Positions 11,510-23,276 of a stretch of DNA of 64,000 nucleotides are shown here, one piece after another. Position numbers and translations under genes: made by a program. This DNA is from Selaginella moellendorffii (Eukaryota > Plantae > Lycopodiophyta): positions 248,001 through 312,000 of the forward strand of contig NW_003314284.1 of NCBI RefSeq assembly GCF_000143415.4, read 5' to 3'. The first letter of the stretch is position 1. Each line of letters starts with the position of its first letter. The notes beneath the pieces were generated by a model. That model searched no databases and was not told the DNA's origin. It was given only the letters and a program-made list of their open reading frames with translations.

Positions 11510-13692
11510 TCAGGTGTAGGACTTGAGCAGGCCCAGCGTGTAGAGAAGTCTCTCCGAGTGTGAGCGGAAGAAGCTCCCGAGCGAGAAGCGAGCAGCCGAC
11601 TTGTCGGCCGATTCGGTCGGGGATGAATGGAGCATCTTCGGGGGGAATCTCTCCTGCGTCACCTTAAGGATGGCCAGCCCGACCTCCTCCCGGATCGCCT
11701 CCACCACTCTCATGTCCACGCTCCCGCCGTTGGCGTCCGTGACGTAGAACACATTCACGGCCATGTCGTCTCGGGTCGTCACCTCGGCCCTCGCCACGGA
11801 CAGGCCGTTTTCTCGGAAGATCCGGGTTACGTCCGACAGCAAACCGATCCTGTCCTGTGTGGACAGCTCCAGCCTCACGCCCTGATGCCGAAAGGAATTA
11901 GTTAGATACAGATCCAAGAGAAGAAAAGAACAAAAGAGGAGCTCTTGGTACCTGTGAAGCTCTACGTAGAATAGCAGCCTCCAGACAGCGAACGACTCTT
12001 TGTCGTTCAGTTTCGGTATTGAGCGTGTATCCGTCAAGATGCCGAATGTAATACTCCTGCGGATCAAACAAACAGGGCCAGCGTGAGTCCAAAAGCACAA
12101 GAGAAACCGATCATACACATCGAAAAAACACACAAGCTTGGCAACCAGGCCTCGCAACACGCATAACAGACATAGATCCGAAAACGGACACCGCAAGCGT
12201 CCAGAACAAGCTCCAGATTCCACTCGCAAACACCCGCGGAACACACAAGACAACTTCCAAGAGATCCATTTTGCGAGTAGCACCAAGTCAAGCCGGCGTC
12301 AAAGCGACAATAAACAAAACACAGTCCAAGTCACACAACACACTTCCGCGAAAGAAAAACACGCAAAGACCAACACGAAGAAAAACATGAAAGAAAACAT
12401 AAAAGGAAAAAGGAAAACAATCAGAGCGAAAAATAGTACCTGGAACGCATTCGGGCCCTCTGAGTCGATGGTGGCGTGGAAAACCACATACTCCATGTCG
12501 GTGAGCGTACACACGGTATCGAACAACAGTTTGGGACGGTCCGCGCACTGCACCGTGACAACCGAGTAGCCTTTCTCCACGCAATTCTTGACTGTTACGG
12601 TCGGCCTCCCCTTGTAGTCGACCGAGTCCGAGATGGAAGTCGGGGCCGGGCTCAACGCGGCCTCCTCTTCTGCTACCTCCATCTCCTCCTCCTTGTCCGC
12701 GGACATCATCTGATGGAGCCTCCTCTCCGTGTGAGTAAGTCCCATGGCAAAGTCCGTCCTGGCAGTCTTGCCGTCGAGCGAATCGCCCTTCATCACCTGC
12801 CCGAGCATCTGTTTGATATGGCAGAGCTTGGTGGGATCTTTCACTGGACCTCCATGGCCTTCGTGGTCGGTCACATAAACCATGCACGCCACTCTTGTGT
12901 TGTGAGTCCACACCTCCGCGGCCACAACGTTGCAGCCAAGGCTGGCGAGGACGGCCGAGATCTCGGAAAGCAGACCCGGGCGGTCGTTGCCGGTTAGCTC
13001 GATGGCCGTGTGCTCAGCCAGCGACTGGACTCCAATTGTTCGAGCTCCAGAGCAAGTTCTATACGCTTGGCATACGCCTTTCTCGCCAAGAGCCTGGAAT
13101 GGGAAAGTTACAAGCGTTGTTAGCGAGGCAAAGAAGATTGATGTGGGAGAAGGAAGAGTTCTACATACATGCTCGATGTGGGCGATGACCTTCTCGTCGG
13201 AGAGCTTGTTCCCATCACGATCTGTGACATGGAAGACTGAAAGAGGGGAGAAAACAAACATGTAAGAGCTTCGCTTGAGATGCTTGATCGTAAGAGAATG
13301 GAGACTTACCGTCCATAAACCATCCACCATCGGAGGAGATGAAGGCCTTGAGTATCGACAGGTCGAGATCTGTGAGGACCTGGACGACATCGAGAAGAAT
13401 CCCATGCCGGTTTGAGCTATCAAGCTGGAAAGAAAAAGAGGCAAATCTTAAGAACAAAAGGAGAAAAAAAAAGGAAATGGTTCGCGAGAGCTCACCTTGA
13501 TGATGGTGGCGTGCTCCGAAACCTTGTTATCGATCACAACTCTGAGAAGACCATCACGAAATCAGTCAGCAAGAATTTTTTTTCTTTTTTTTTGGTGAGA
13601 GCGAACCTTGGAGGATTGATCCTGGCGGCCAGCGTCTCATACTCGGGATCGAAATACGGCCAGCCCCTTCCAGTAGCCACCGCCGCAACCAT
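11510..13692 (-). CDS. ACR: ACT domain repeat protein (ACR1-8 type)
   Basis: MVAAVATGRGWPYFDPEYE..INPPR; DSSNRHGILLDVVQVLTDLDL; IELTGNDRPGLLSE; DRPKLLFDTVCTLTDMEYVVFHA; DRIGLLSDVTRIFRENGLSV, giving four ACT domains. Confidence 0.95.
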
Positions 13693-16600
13693 TTTCTACG
13701 AAGAACCAAATCTCTAAGAAGACCAGAGATCTCGAGATTCTTCCACGAAATCAGGGCCTCCACTCTCTCCACCTGCGATGAGCCAGTTCCAGCGCTTCCA
13801 AAACCCCTCTCTTCTCCCGACCTGTGGCTGGCTGCCCGGCTGCTGTGCGCCCGCGCCGCCTACCACCGGGAATCACACCAAAATCACCTCCCAGCGCGCA
13901 GCAAATCTGAAATCCGACGAAATCCAGAAATTCCCTGGATTCCAGCGAAAACGCGCGCGATCTCTCGCGGCGGCTCCTCTCTTTTCTCTCTCTCCTCGCT
14001 GTGGAAGAACTCTGTTGTAATGTTAAGGCGGGCCACTTTTATCTTTAGGGTTCTTCCTTGTTAAGTAGTCTGCCAGCCACATTTAGAGCCATTTGTTTGG
14101 AGCTGTTAACCATATACTGGCGTGACACGTGGCACACGCAGATTTAGCGGGGAAATAGCGAAAGGGCGGGAAAATCAACCGGCCGGAAAATTAAATGGTT
14201 GATTTTAATGCGGCGCCGACCGGCGGGGACGTTACAGGGCGGCGGCCGTTTTCCTGAGAGTTAGGTAAATGCGCAAACCGGTGCCGCCGGTGGCCAGCAA
14301 CCGGTACGGGCTGCAGCCGGTTACGCCCACCAGGTGGGGCTACCGTAGCCCGTCCGGGCCGTCACCCTTTAAGTTAACGGCCGTCGCCCCCGTCGCTTCA
14401 AATTCCGCCAGCTGGCAGCCAGCTAAGCACGTGCACGGGCAATGGCGCGAAATGGGCTGTCGGCACGCGCTGACAGGGTGGCAATGAGTACGGACGGTAC
14501 GGGCCTTCCTTCGCGGCGCCGGTCGGGGCGCGCCAAAGGCCGTGGTAAAAAAAAACGAAAACGAGGGAATTGACCGGGGCCGGGACTGGCCGGGCCGGGC
14601 AGCAGCTAAAGCGCATGTCATTTAATTGGCCCGTCCCAAGGGTGGCGGAATGACATGACGTGGAGGGAGGGGAAGTGCGCATTAAAGCCGGCGTCCCCGA
14701 AATATCCAACAACACACGCGCCACGTCACTCTCGCGCAACTTGGACTGGGTGGTGCCTATGACATGGTGCCGGCGGGGGGCACTTTCGACAGCGCCTTTA
14801 AAAGTCCTTTCCCACTTGTTGGTTAAAATGCCGGGGACGGGAAAATCCCCTCCCGCCAGCCAGGCAAAGTCATGCCTAGAGCAAAGCGTCGTGTCAGAGA
14901 GATGGGCGTTTTGGCCCCCCCATCTTTGCCCAAAATGGGCCACCAGCCCTAAAAGTGGATGTGAATATTCCCGCCTTGTGATCTCGCGCCACATGGCGTG
15001 ACGTGGCGCGCCCCTAGTGGTGAGGTGTTGAGAGGGAGGGAGCATCATATCTGTGGCATTGAGGAATTGGGGGGCCAAATCTTCCTTTATGTGCCCTATT
15101 TTCCCATGTGCAACACATTTGCTTTTTGAAAGTTTGGCGCGACCACCGGATATTCGCTGCACAGAGAGGAGAATCCAATTCGGTGTTAAACTCCTGCAAG
15201 TTTCTCTAGCGGGGCTTTTGGAGATTTTCTATTGGTGATGGATGGGTCGAATGACAAATTGCCAAGAACTGGGATGGACGCATTCAAATGCCCAATGGTG
15301 GCTTTTCGAATTGTTTAAGGATCACGCCAGCTCTTAAAGCTTTTGTGTGGCATAGCTCGCCGTTGGTCGTGTGAAAGCGCTGGAATCTCCAAGCACGCCA
15401 CAGGCCACCACACAACTGCTTAAGCTAGCGCAAAAAATTGGTTTTCTAAGGGGAAAACTTTTCGAGGACTCGAGAGCTCGAATGGGATGAGAGAATGTGT
15501 GGTGCGGGTGGACTGGTTGATTCCCCTGTTGCATTTCCGGGAATAGTCTAAACGCAAAATGATATGGAATCTCCGCGAGAATCGTGGAGCCGTGTCAAGC
15601 AAGGTCGTGAGATTGTTTTACCTCCCGATCTTCCTAAACGCTGGTCATGTCAAATATAATAGAAAAGAAAAAGAAAATATCAAATATATTTTTGCTTTTC
15701 TGGCTTCTGGAGAAGCCGAGAGGTCAGGAGAGAGAGATTCTGTTGGTCAACAAACCCTATGTAAATTCACATGGTATACACAAAGAAAAATTTATATAAA
15801 TTCGATCATGTGATCAATCTCATGAACTGGGAGCCAGCAAAATCATGGGCCTTTGCGTGACACCTTAGATCCTGTCGTGCCATTAAGAAAATCAGAAATC
15901 TCCAGACCCGAGAGCTTGAGGAATCGAAATCACCCACATGGGGAAGTGAAGTAGCGATCAGTGACAAAAACAAAGACAGTCCATGGTACCAGATGGAGCA
16001 TCAAGAAAAAAAAAAATTAAAATCTCGTTGTAAGATCTGGCACGAATCATCTGGATCCCGTTGTCAAGTTTTTTTATAATTTATTTACGGATATTATAGT
16101 AAATACAAGCCAAGAACCACAGCTTTCCAGTTCAACTCGGAGATTTACAGTTCATCACGTCGTCGTTTTTGAGGCGCAAAGGTGGAATTCCAGCAGTAAC
16201 AACAAAGAACACGATGAGGGCCTCTTCGTGTTCGTGTTCTTGTCGGCCACAAGAGCGATTGTTTCTATGGCTTGTTGCCTGATCCAATTTTAATATGCCT
16301 CCGTGAGCCTGCTGCCACGTTAGAAGCTCTTTGATGCTCTTTACCAGACATGGATTAGCTCGTCCACCATTTTTTAATCTCAGCTTTTCTTTCTAGTTGT
16401 TTGTGACACATTTAGGTGTAAACAAGCTTTCCAAGTTGGTACTGATATGATCCTACGATTAAATACCATTCCCAGCACTGCAGGCTTGACAACAAAGTCG
16501 TGCTCATCTCGAAAAAACATTGATCTCTCGCCCATTTTTAAAAAACCAAAGCAATTGGATCCAAACAGGCATGCTAGTTAGAATAAATCAATCACAAACG

Positions 16601-18294
16601 GTTGAGATTCCGCATTAAATTACAATGTTCAATCACTCAAAAACACGATCCCCCAGCTGCCCTCCGTTGGATTGGAATCTATCCAACCGCCTGGATGGAT
16701 CTATACGAAAGAAATGCTTGCTCGAATCTCTTCCCCTTGGATGGGAGTACTATACGGTCTACGTACCGTCTTGGGTCCCATGCTCTTGGAGATTGAATAT
16801 GAAGTGTTTACAGTCCACTCAGAGGATTTGGATCTAAAATCTCATCTGGAAGATCAAATGCCGTACGTAAGATTTTTTTTTTTCTTCGGTGCAGTACGAC
16901 AACATGCTTGCTTGCTTTTTTCTTTTCCAAGTTGGATCCAGCAACACGAGCTAGCCCAAGCATTTCTACTCCCAATTGAAGACTACAACAACAAAGGCTA
17001 CGAACAAGTGGTCATGTTCCCTTTTTTTTTTTCTTCTTGCTCTCTTTCTTGTTTCAGTGGATTTCACGGGCAAGGTCAACAAAATCGGTTTCTATTCGGT
17101 TGAATGAATCCATCGCGCCGTATATTTCTACGTTTTTTATGCCACGCTGCCCGCATGTGAGGATTGAAGTCCGGCAGAGGCAGCTTTGACTGGAATCACA
17201 TGAATCTTGACACAGCCCAGACAAACAAAAAAAAAAAGTTAGAAAAGAAAGTCGTAAAGAAGGAAGAATAAAAGAGAGACTATACTAACCTTGCTGGCTT
17301 GCTTTGCTGGAAGCCCTGTGGAATCTAGGGGGTTGACATTCCACTCCATTTGTCAACCTGTCATGAGCGGAGAACTTGGAGCTGCGAGAGGAGCGGAGCG
17401 GGCGGCTCGGGTCTATGTCAGCTGCCCGAGGGAGCTGTGACACCAACAGGCCGACCAAAGACGACCATTCAAGCTTTGGCTGCGTCACAGAGCTCTCCTA
17501 AAACGAAAAGAACCTCGTTTCGCTGACCGGATCTAAGTGAAGCCCTCCCGCTGGGTAGATAATACTGGTGGTATCGTAGGCCGGCAAGAAGCACCCGGTC
17601 AGAAACGAAAGAGATGCGGTTTCTAGATGAATGACGAGAACCTGGATAATGCGACAGCGTTGTGACGGAATCACAAGATCACAGACCATTCCTTTGAAAG
17701 TCCTGGAAACTTCGGCAAGGCGCATAGGGTGTCAAGCACGAAAAAAGAAGAAGGGAGGTTTACCTCAAGTCACGAATGTAAAGAGTTGCCGGACTAAGTC
17801 ACAGTTGTTCGCTGCGTCCTGAAGTCGAACTCATAGCAAAGCTATACCACGTCAACTTCAACTTCGACAAAACCTTGGGAAGGTACCGTGCAGACAAAAT
17901 TCCAGTTTTTCGCTCTCGAGCCTGAAAATGAACGTCTACATTAGCCGCGTAGTTGCGTTCCCAACAAGTCCTGCCTTTGCGCATGGATTGTCGAGAGAAG
18001 GTGTCATTTGCTCCAATAAGTCGCATCTGCGCCGTCACCGTCTGTCTGGAATAAACTGATTCGTTGTGAAAGCCTGTAGAGTTTGTCAGCCCAAGCCTCC
18101 AACTAAACAATTTCGTACCGGAAGCGTGCCGTCGAACTCTTGTTACACATATCTTCCCGGCTAGACGAACTTTGTTTAGCAGTCTGCATCCAATTTGCTG
18201 AGAGTGTTAACTAAGGACCGAGCTTCTAACTCCGGAAGAGCCAGATGTCGGCACAAACTGTTAATCGCCATAATGTGGTGCCTCTTAGACAGAT

Positions 18295-21037
18295 TTATGT
18301 CCTATAAGGCGATAACAGCAAACAGGTAAGAGGCCCATCAGAGATATTTTCATACCATGGAAGCTTGCGAACCAATGCTGCAGGATCCTTGTCCCACTCG
18401 GCCACTCCAAGGCTTTTCCCTGTAAGTTCGTCAGCGTAGCGGAGAGCCTGCCTTTGTAGAAGCATGATAACGAACTTCTGAGACAGAATAAAGCTGTGGC
18501 GATACATGTCTGGTGCCACGCCAATGATTTGACGAGCAAGATCGACCAATGCTGCAGAGGCAACAATTAGTTGACACATTTGTTTGGGCAGGCCAAGTAA
18601 TGTCACTTACCTGCACCAGATTTGTCCGAGAACAAGTAAGGTTGCAGCCAAGGCCACAGTCGCTGAAGTGTCTCTATAGACTTTTTATCTTCTTGAGACA
18701 AGTGTATGGCACCAATAATGAAACCTGGAATAGGAAGTCCTAAAACAGAAGAGAAAAACTGCCAAACTTGGAGATGAGCAGTTCGAGACAAGGCATCAAC
18801 CAAACGCACGAACTGAAAGAAAATGTTTTAGAGGATCTTTACCAAAACAAAAACATACCTCAGCCAGCGCAAGCTCTTGAATAAAGCTTCCTTTAGGATC
18901 AAGTAGCAGAGACACTGATTGCTTGGCAAAATCGTCTGGAAAATCATTGCTGTGTTGCTCAAGAGACATGAGCTTCTGAAAGTCCTGAAAGCTGGTAAAT
19001 ATATACTCCAGTCTTGTCACATTGAGCTGATTGTTCTCGGAGTACAAAAAGTACTTGAGAACTTTTCGCATTCGAGAGCTGTAACCATGAGTACGTGTTA
19101 TTCAACCTACAGCCAAAGTGGTTGCCAAACCTGTCATCGGTGACTAGACGCTTCGCGACATATGGATAACACTCCTTTGTGATAGTGTAGTCTGGATCAA
19201 ATTCAAGGCCAATCCCTTCCAACAGCGAGAATGCGCGAATGATCAGTGAAAAGTACGATGGAACAACTAAAGGATAATCTTTGGAGATTTTTGCGATGCC
19301 ATTGGATATCTGTGACACGAGAAATTAGCAGAAAGAATCAAGTAAAAATAAACTTACCTCTTGCATGTTAACCTTTCGTGCGCCGCCACCACGGAGTAGC
19401 TCCGTAAAAATTTGAGTAACTTCTGGTACTATTGTAGTAGTCATTCTAGGATCAGTTTGATCTGGCAAGAAACCCAGCTTCACAAGATCTTCGGCTACAC
19501 CAACGTAATCGGAGTTTCCTACATGTGCCAGGTATTCAATCATTGCTAACTGCCGTTCTTCTGTAACCTGTGCTGTGGATAACAATGTTTATTCGAATGG
19601 CAATGAAAAAAAACAAGAAATTGAAACGGTAAGCCCACCTCTGTCATTAATCCATAGTCTAAGATACAAAGGCGTCCATCCTCGGTCCGCAGAAGGTTTC
19701 CGGGATGAGGATCCGCATGAAGGAAACCACTCTCGAGAAGTTGAAACAAATAGCAAGTCAGAGCAGTATTTACCAGAGACAATGCATTCGCTTCTCTGAT
19801 TTCCGATAACTTCTCTCCATCAATCCATTTTGTCGTGAGAACCTAAAGGAGAACGTAAAACAAATGGGAAGTACAAGCACGAGAAAAACTTTGTTACCTG
19901 ACCAGATGTATACTCCATATAAACTTTGGGGATCACAACCATCGGAACTGGAGACATACTCTTTATAAATCTTTGCGCATTATTGGCCTGCTAAATAACG
20001 TAAGATGCAAACACTGAAATGACCGTGGAACAAACCTCTTTGAAATAGTCAAGCTCGTCAAAAAACCGCAAAGCCCATGTGTCCAGAAGATCGACAAAGT
20101 CCGTGTGAGACTTTAACATGCGCTGTAAAGTGCCTGCGACTAGTCGCAAAATAAAAAGATCGCAAGCTATGACTTGGAGCACTCCGGGCCTCTGTACTTT
20201 GACAGCAACGACGTCGCCATTACTTTTCAGTCGAGCTTTATACACCTGAAAGATGGATTTCACATTCCCTAGAGAATACCAAGTTTTGTACGCAGCGTAC
20301 CTGGCCCAAAGAGCCCGCAGCAATTGGCTCCGATGAGATGTCGTAGAAAACATCGTTTCCAATATTCTTTTCGATCATTCGCGTAGCCAACTCGTTCGAG
20401 AATGGAGACACTTTGTCTTGAAGCTTTTGGAGCTGCTCCAAGTAAGCAGTGGATACCATGTCGGGTCGAATGCTCAAAGCTTGGCCAATCTATCGAAAAA
20501 CACCGAAACAATTGATGAGCTTCCGAACAAAAGGGGAGAAAACATGAATTTGCGTACCTTGATAGCAGTCGGCCCGAGCTTAGTGATGAGCAGCAAGAAT
20601 TCGGCAGCGCGACGCCTCTCGTTCTCTCTCGACTTATCTAAAGTCTTGTCAAGCACAATGCTTAAGATAAACAAGGAGCACTCGGACGCTACAGCTAAAA
20701 CTCTCGCAATCACTCTAAATGGCCGTGCTTGGAAATACGAAGAAATGGCATCTGGATCGTACCTCACGGAAAGCTCATCCACACGGCGCGATCCCTCGAT
20801 CCGACGCAGGATTTTCGACAATGCGGGCTCAAATCGCCTCGCCACAGAGCTAAACCTATCATTCAGTGCCGTGCGACGCTGCGCCAAGGAAAAAGAGGAT
20901 CGCAAATGCGATCCTCTTCTCCCATTCCGCTGCAGAGAGCTCCATTCCACTCGAAATCTTCGTGGAATCCCTTCCTTGCCCGCTGAGAATCTTGGATCGA
21001 CGAAGACCGCCCTGGATCCCCGAGCCTCGCAAGCCAT
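18295..21037 (-). CDS. ABC1/UbiB atypical kinase (ABC1K), probably plastid-targeted
   Basis: LGPTAIK(L)GQALSIRPD, PIAAGSLGQVYKA, VAVKVQRPG, GFLHADPHPGNLL, ILDYGL, LIIRAFSLLEGI; Arg/Ser-rich N-terminus; many short introns. Confidence 0.93.
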
Positions 21038-21183
21038 GCCAAAATAAAATAAAAAAGATATGCTAAAGAACCCTAAACCATGAAGACTTGAAAAACTTGA
21101 ATCGCAGCCGTTTGTTCGCAGATCTAGGGTATCATTAGGGTTCTTTCGTTGTGCTGCGGCTGAGGAGGAGAAAGAGCGCCATC
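21038..21183. promoter_or_regulatory. Short bidirectional promoter (ABC1K / RPS21) with telo-box-like motifs
   Basis: 146 bp between divergent ATGs; AACCCTAAA at 21069 and TTAGGGTT at 21135. Telo-boxes are typical of plant ribosomal-protein promoters. Confidence 0.6.
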
Positions 21184-21557
21184 ATGCAGAACGAGGAGGG
21201 CGAGAACGTCGATCTCTACATCCCCAGGAAGTGGTAAGCGCGAATCTCCCGCTTCCTTTGTGGCCGCTCTCATCAGCGCGATTGATTTTCTTGCGCAGCT
21301 CGTCGACCAACAGGCTCATCACTTCCAAGGATCACGCGTCCGTGCAGATCAATGTCGGGCATCTGGATTCCCAGGGAGTTTACATCGGCAAGTACACCAC
21401 ATTCGCCTTCTGCGGCGCTGTCCGATCTCAGGTAAATCTCCGCGACTTTCTCTTCTCTTCGAGAGCTCTGAGTTCTTTTTCGTGCTCTTTCCAGGGAGAT
21501 GTGGACAGTGCGCTGGATCGGCTATGGCAGAAGAAGAAAGCCGAGCTCAAGCAGTAG
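21184..21557 (+). CDS. RPS21: 40S ribosomal protein S21
   Basis: [17 protein letters not shown]|[33 protein letters not shown]|[20 protein letters not shown]; 3 exons. Confidence 0.98.
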
Positions 21558-21775
21558 CGGCGGTGAACCACCAAGAACTCGCTTCTCATGTTTTTTCTCG
21601 TTTCTCCTTGGATGAAATAGTAAAAGATCTTCCTTTCTGGAACACATTGTCTTCGTTCGCCAAAAAGCAATGCCAGAGTTTTTCCTTCGCTTGTAAACTC
21701 CCTGGGAATCCAGATGCCCTTTATTTCTTCGGAAAGTATAAATACTCGAACCCTAAAAACTCTCGTAACTTGGCT

Positions 21776-22782
21776 ATGGCGACTACAAGCAACGACGCAC
21801 TTGCGGCATGGAAGGCTCAGTTGGCGTTTAAAGGAAAGGTGAGAACGTCCCTGATAGGCGATCTTCTGGGGTTAGTGGCGCCGAGCGTCCCAAAACGCGA
21901 ACAAGAGGAGCTGCAATCGCTGCTCGCCGCGAGTGGCATCCACAGAGGAGAACAGCTGCGGAAATTCCATGCCGGCAAGCTTCTCGATATGGGCGTCTCG
22001 GAATGGGTGTGCAAGGTGCTGCTGGAGAAAGAGATCATACGCTCAGGTTGGTGAATCTTTTTGGCCTTCAAAGAATTATCTTGTCGATGGCAGGAATATC
22101 GACTCCCGTGGCGATGAGTGCGCTAGCGGCGTCGCGTGTGGACATCAAGTCGTCCGACCTGGCGATTTTCGACGGGGGATATGCGAGCCAGGAGCTGCTG
22201 GATCGGCTCCACAAGGAATTCCGCAACAAGACGTGGTTGGATCTGGCAAAGGCAGACATGCGAGAGGATGATGCCGAAGCCTTAGATTTCCGAAAGAAGG
22301 AGGTGGAGGCTCTCTATGGCTACCGCGCGGTCCTCAGGACAATTGTCAGGGAGGCGACGGTTCCATACGCTCTTCGCGACGACGAATGCTACGTCGGGAG
22401 CTTCTACTTCATGAAACTCGCCAAAACATCTCATGATTCGAAAGAGAGGGAATGGTCGCGGGTGGTGTGGATGCTGCAAGTGCAGAGCGATGAGATGGAG
22501 TTCGCGGAGGCGCTGGGGAGATTGATCCAGGGCATGCAGAAGATCCAGCAGCACCAGGCCTCGAGAGATCTGGCGTACGGAGTCGTTTGTGGCACGAAGT
22601 TCGTGAATGTTTACGAGTTCCATCTCCAGCTTGGCAGCGATGCTGGAGTTCTTCCCCAGGCAGTAGAGAAGTACGAATTTACTTTGTATCAGCCCTTGGC
22701 GGGGTTTGAAGCGATCGTCACCCTCATGTGTGCTAGCGAAAAGGCTCACGGTTTTGTAGGTGATGAATTGGAAGAACCCTAG
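21776..22782 (+). CDS. Uncharacterised 2-exon protein: SAM-like N-terminal module + degenerate REase-fold-like C-terminal module
   Basis: TATAAATA at 21737; ATG 21776; intron 22047-22093 joins the two open frames (..IIRSG|ISTPVA..); intact to TAG at 22782. The gene model is well supported; the domain calls are by-eye inference. Confidence 0.7.
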
Positions 22783-23276
22783 ATGATTTGAAAGAACCCT
22801 AATCCTTACAAGAACCCAATTTCGAATTTGCCGCCCGACACGTGGTGGGGCACGCATGCTGTCACGTTTGCGTGTTGCGTATGCGTGTCCCCATGCCGTG
22901 TAACGAAGGTAGATCGTGTGGTGGGGTAACCGGCATATTCACGAGATATCCTCTCCACTTAAGCTTATCCTAACAACCGACGGCGCCACGTGGGCGGAAT
23001 TAGGAAAGAGCCCGGAAAAATCGGCGGTGGAGATGCCGGCGGCGCAGCAGCGGCGCCGCTTCGTTGCTTCAAGAACCAGCTAGGGTTTATATTTCTGGGC
23101 AGGGCGCCGCGACGCGGGGAGCTTCCAATCGTGTAAGATCTGCGTAGCTAGGGTCGTGTTTGTCTGGGGATTCGGCCATGGGAGGCGATTTTAGGATACA
23201 GAGATTAAGGATCCTATAGCGGTGGCGCAGGGCGATCTAGGATTCCAGCACAGGCTTGATCGATTCGAGGCGGCAG

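Noticed and set aside
14398-15162. 254-aa minus-strand ORF in GC-rich intergenic DNA
   Set aside because: No motifs and no ATG start; long ORFs are expected by chance at high GC.
16205-16241. Short imperfect hairpin aagaacacgatgagggcctcttcgtgttcgtgttctt
   Set aside because: Too short for a miRNA precursor and no supporting context.
21260-22054. 264-aa ORF apparently bridging RPS21 and the next gene
   Set aside because: The first part is an off-frame reading of RPS21 and its 3' region; the real start is the ATG at 21776 after a TATA box.
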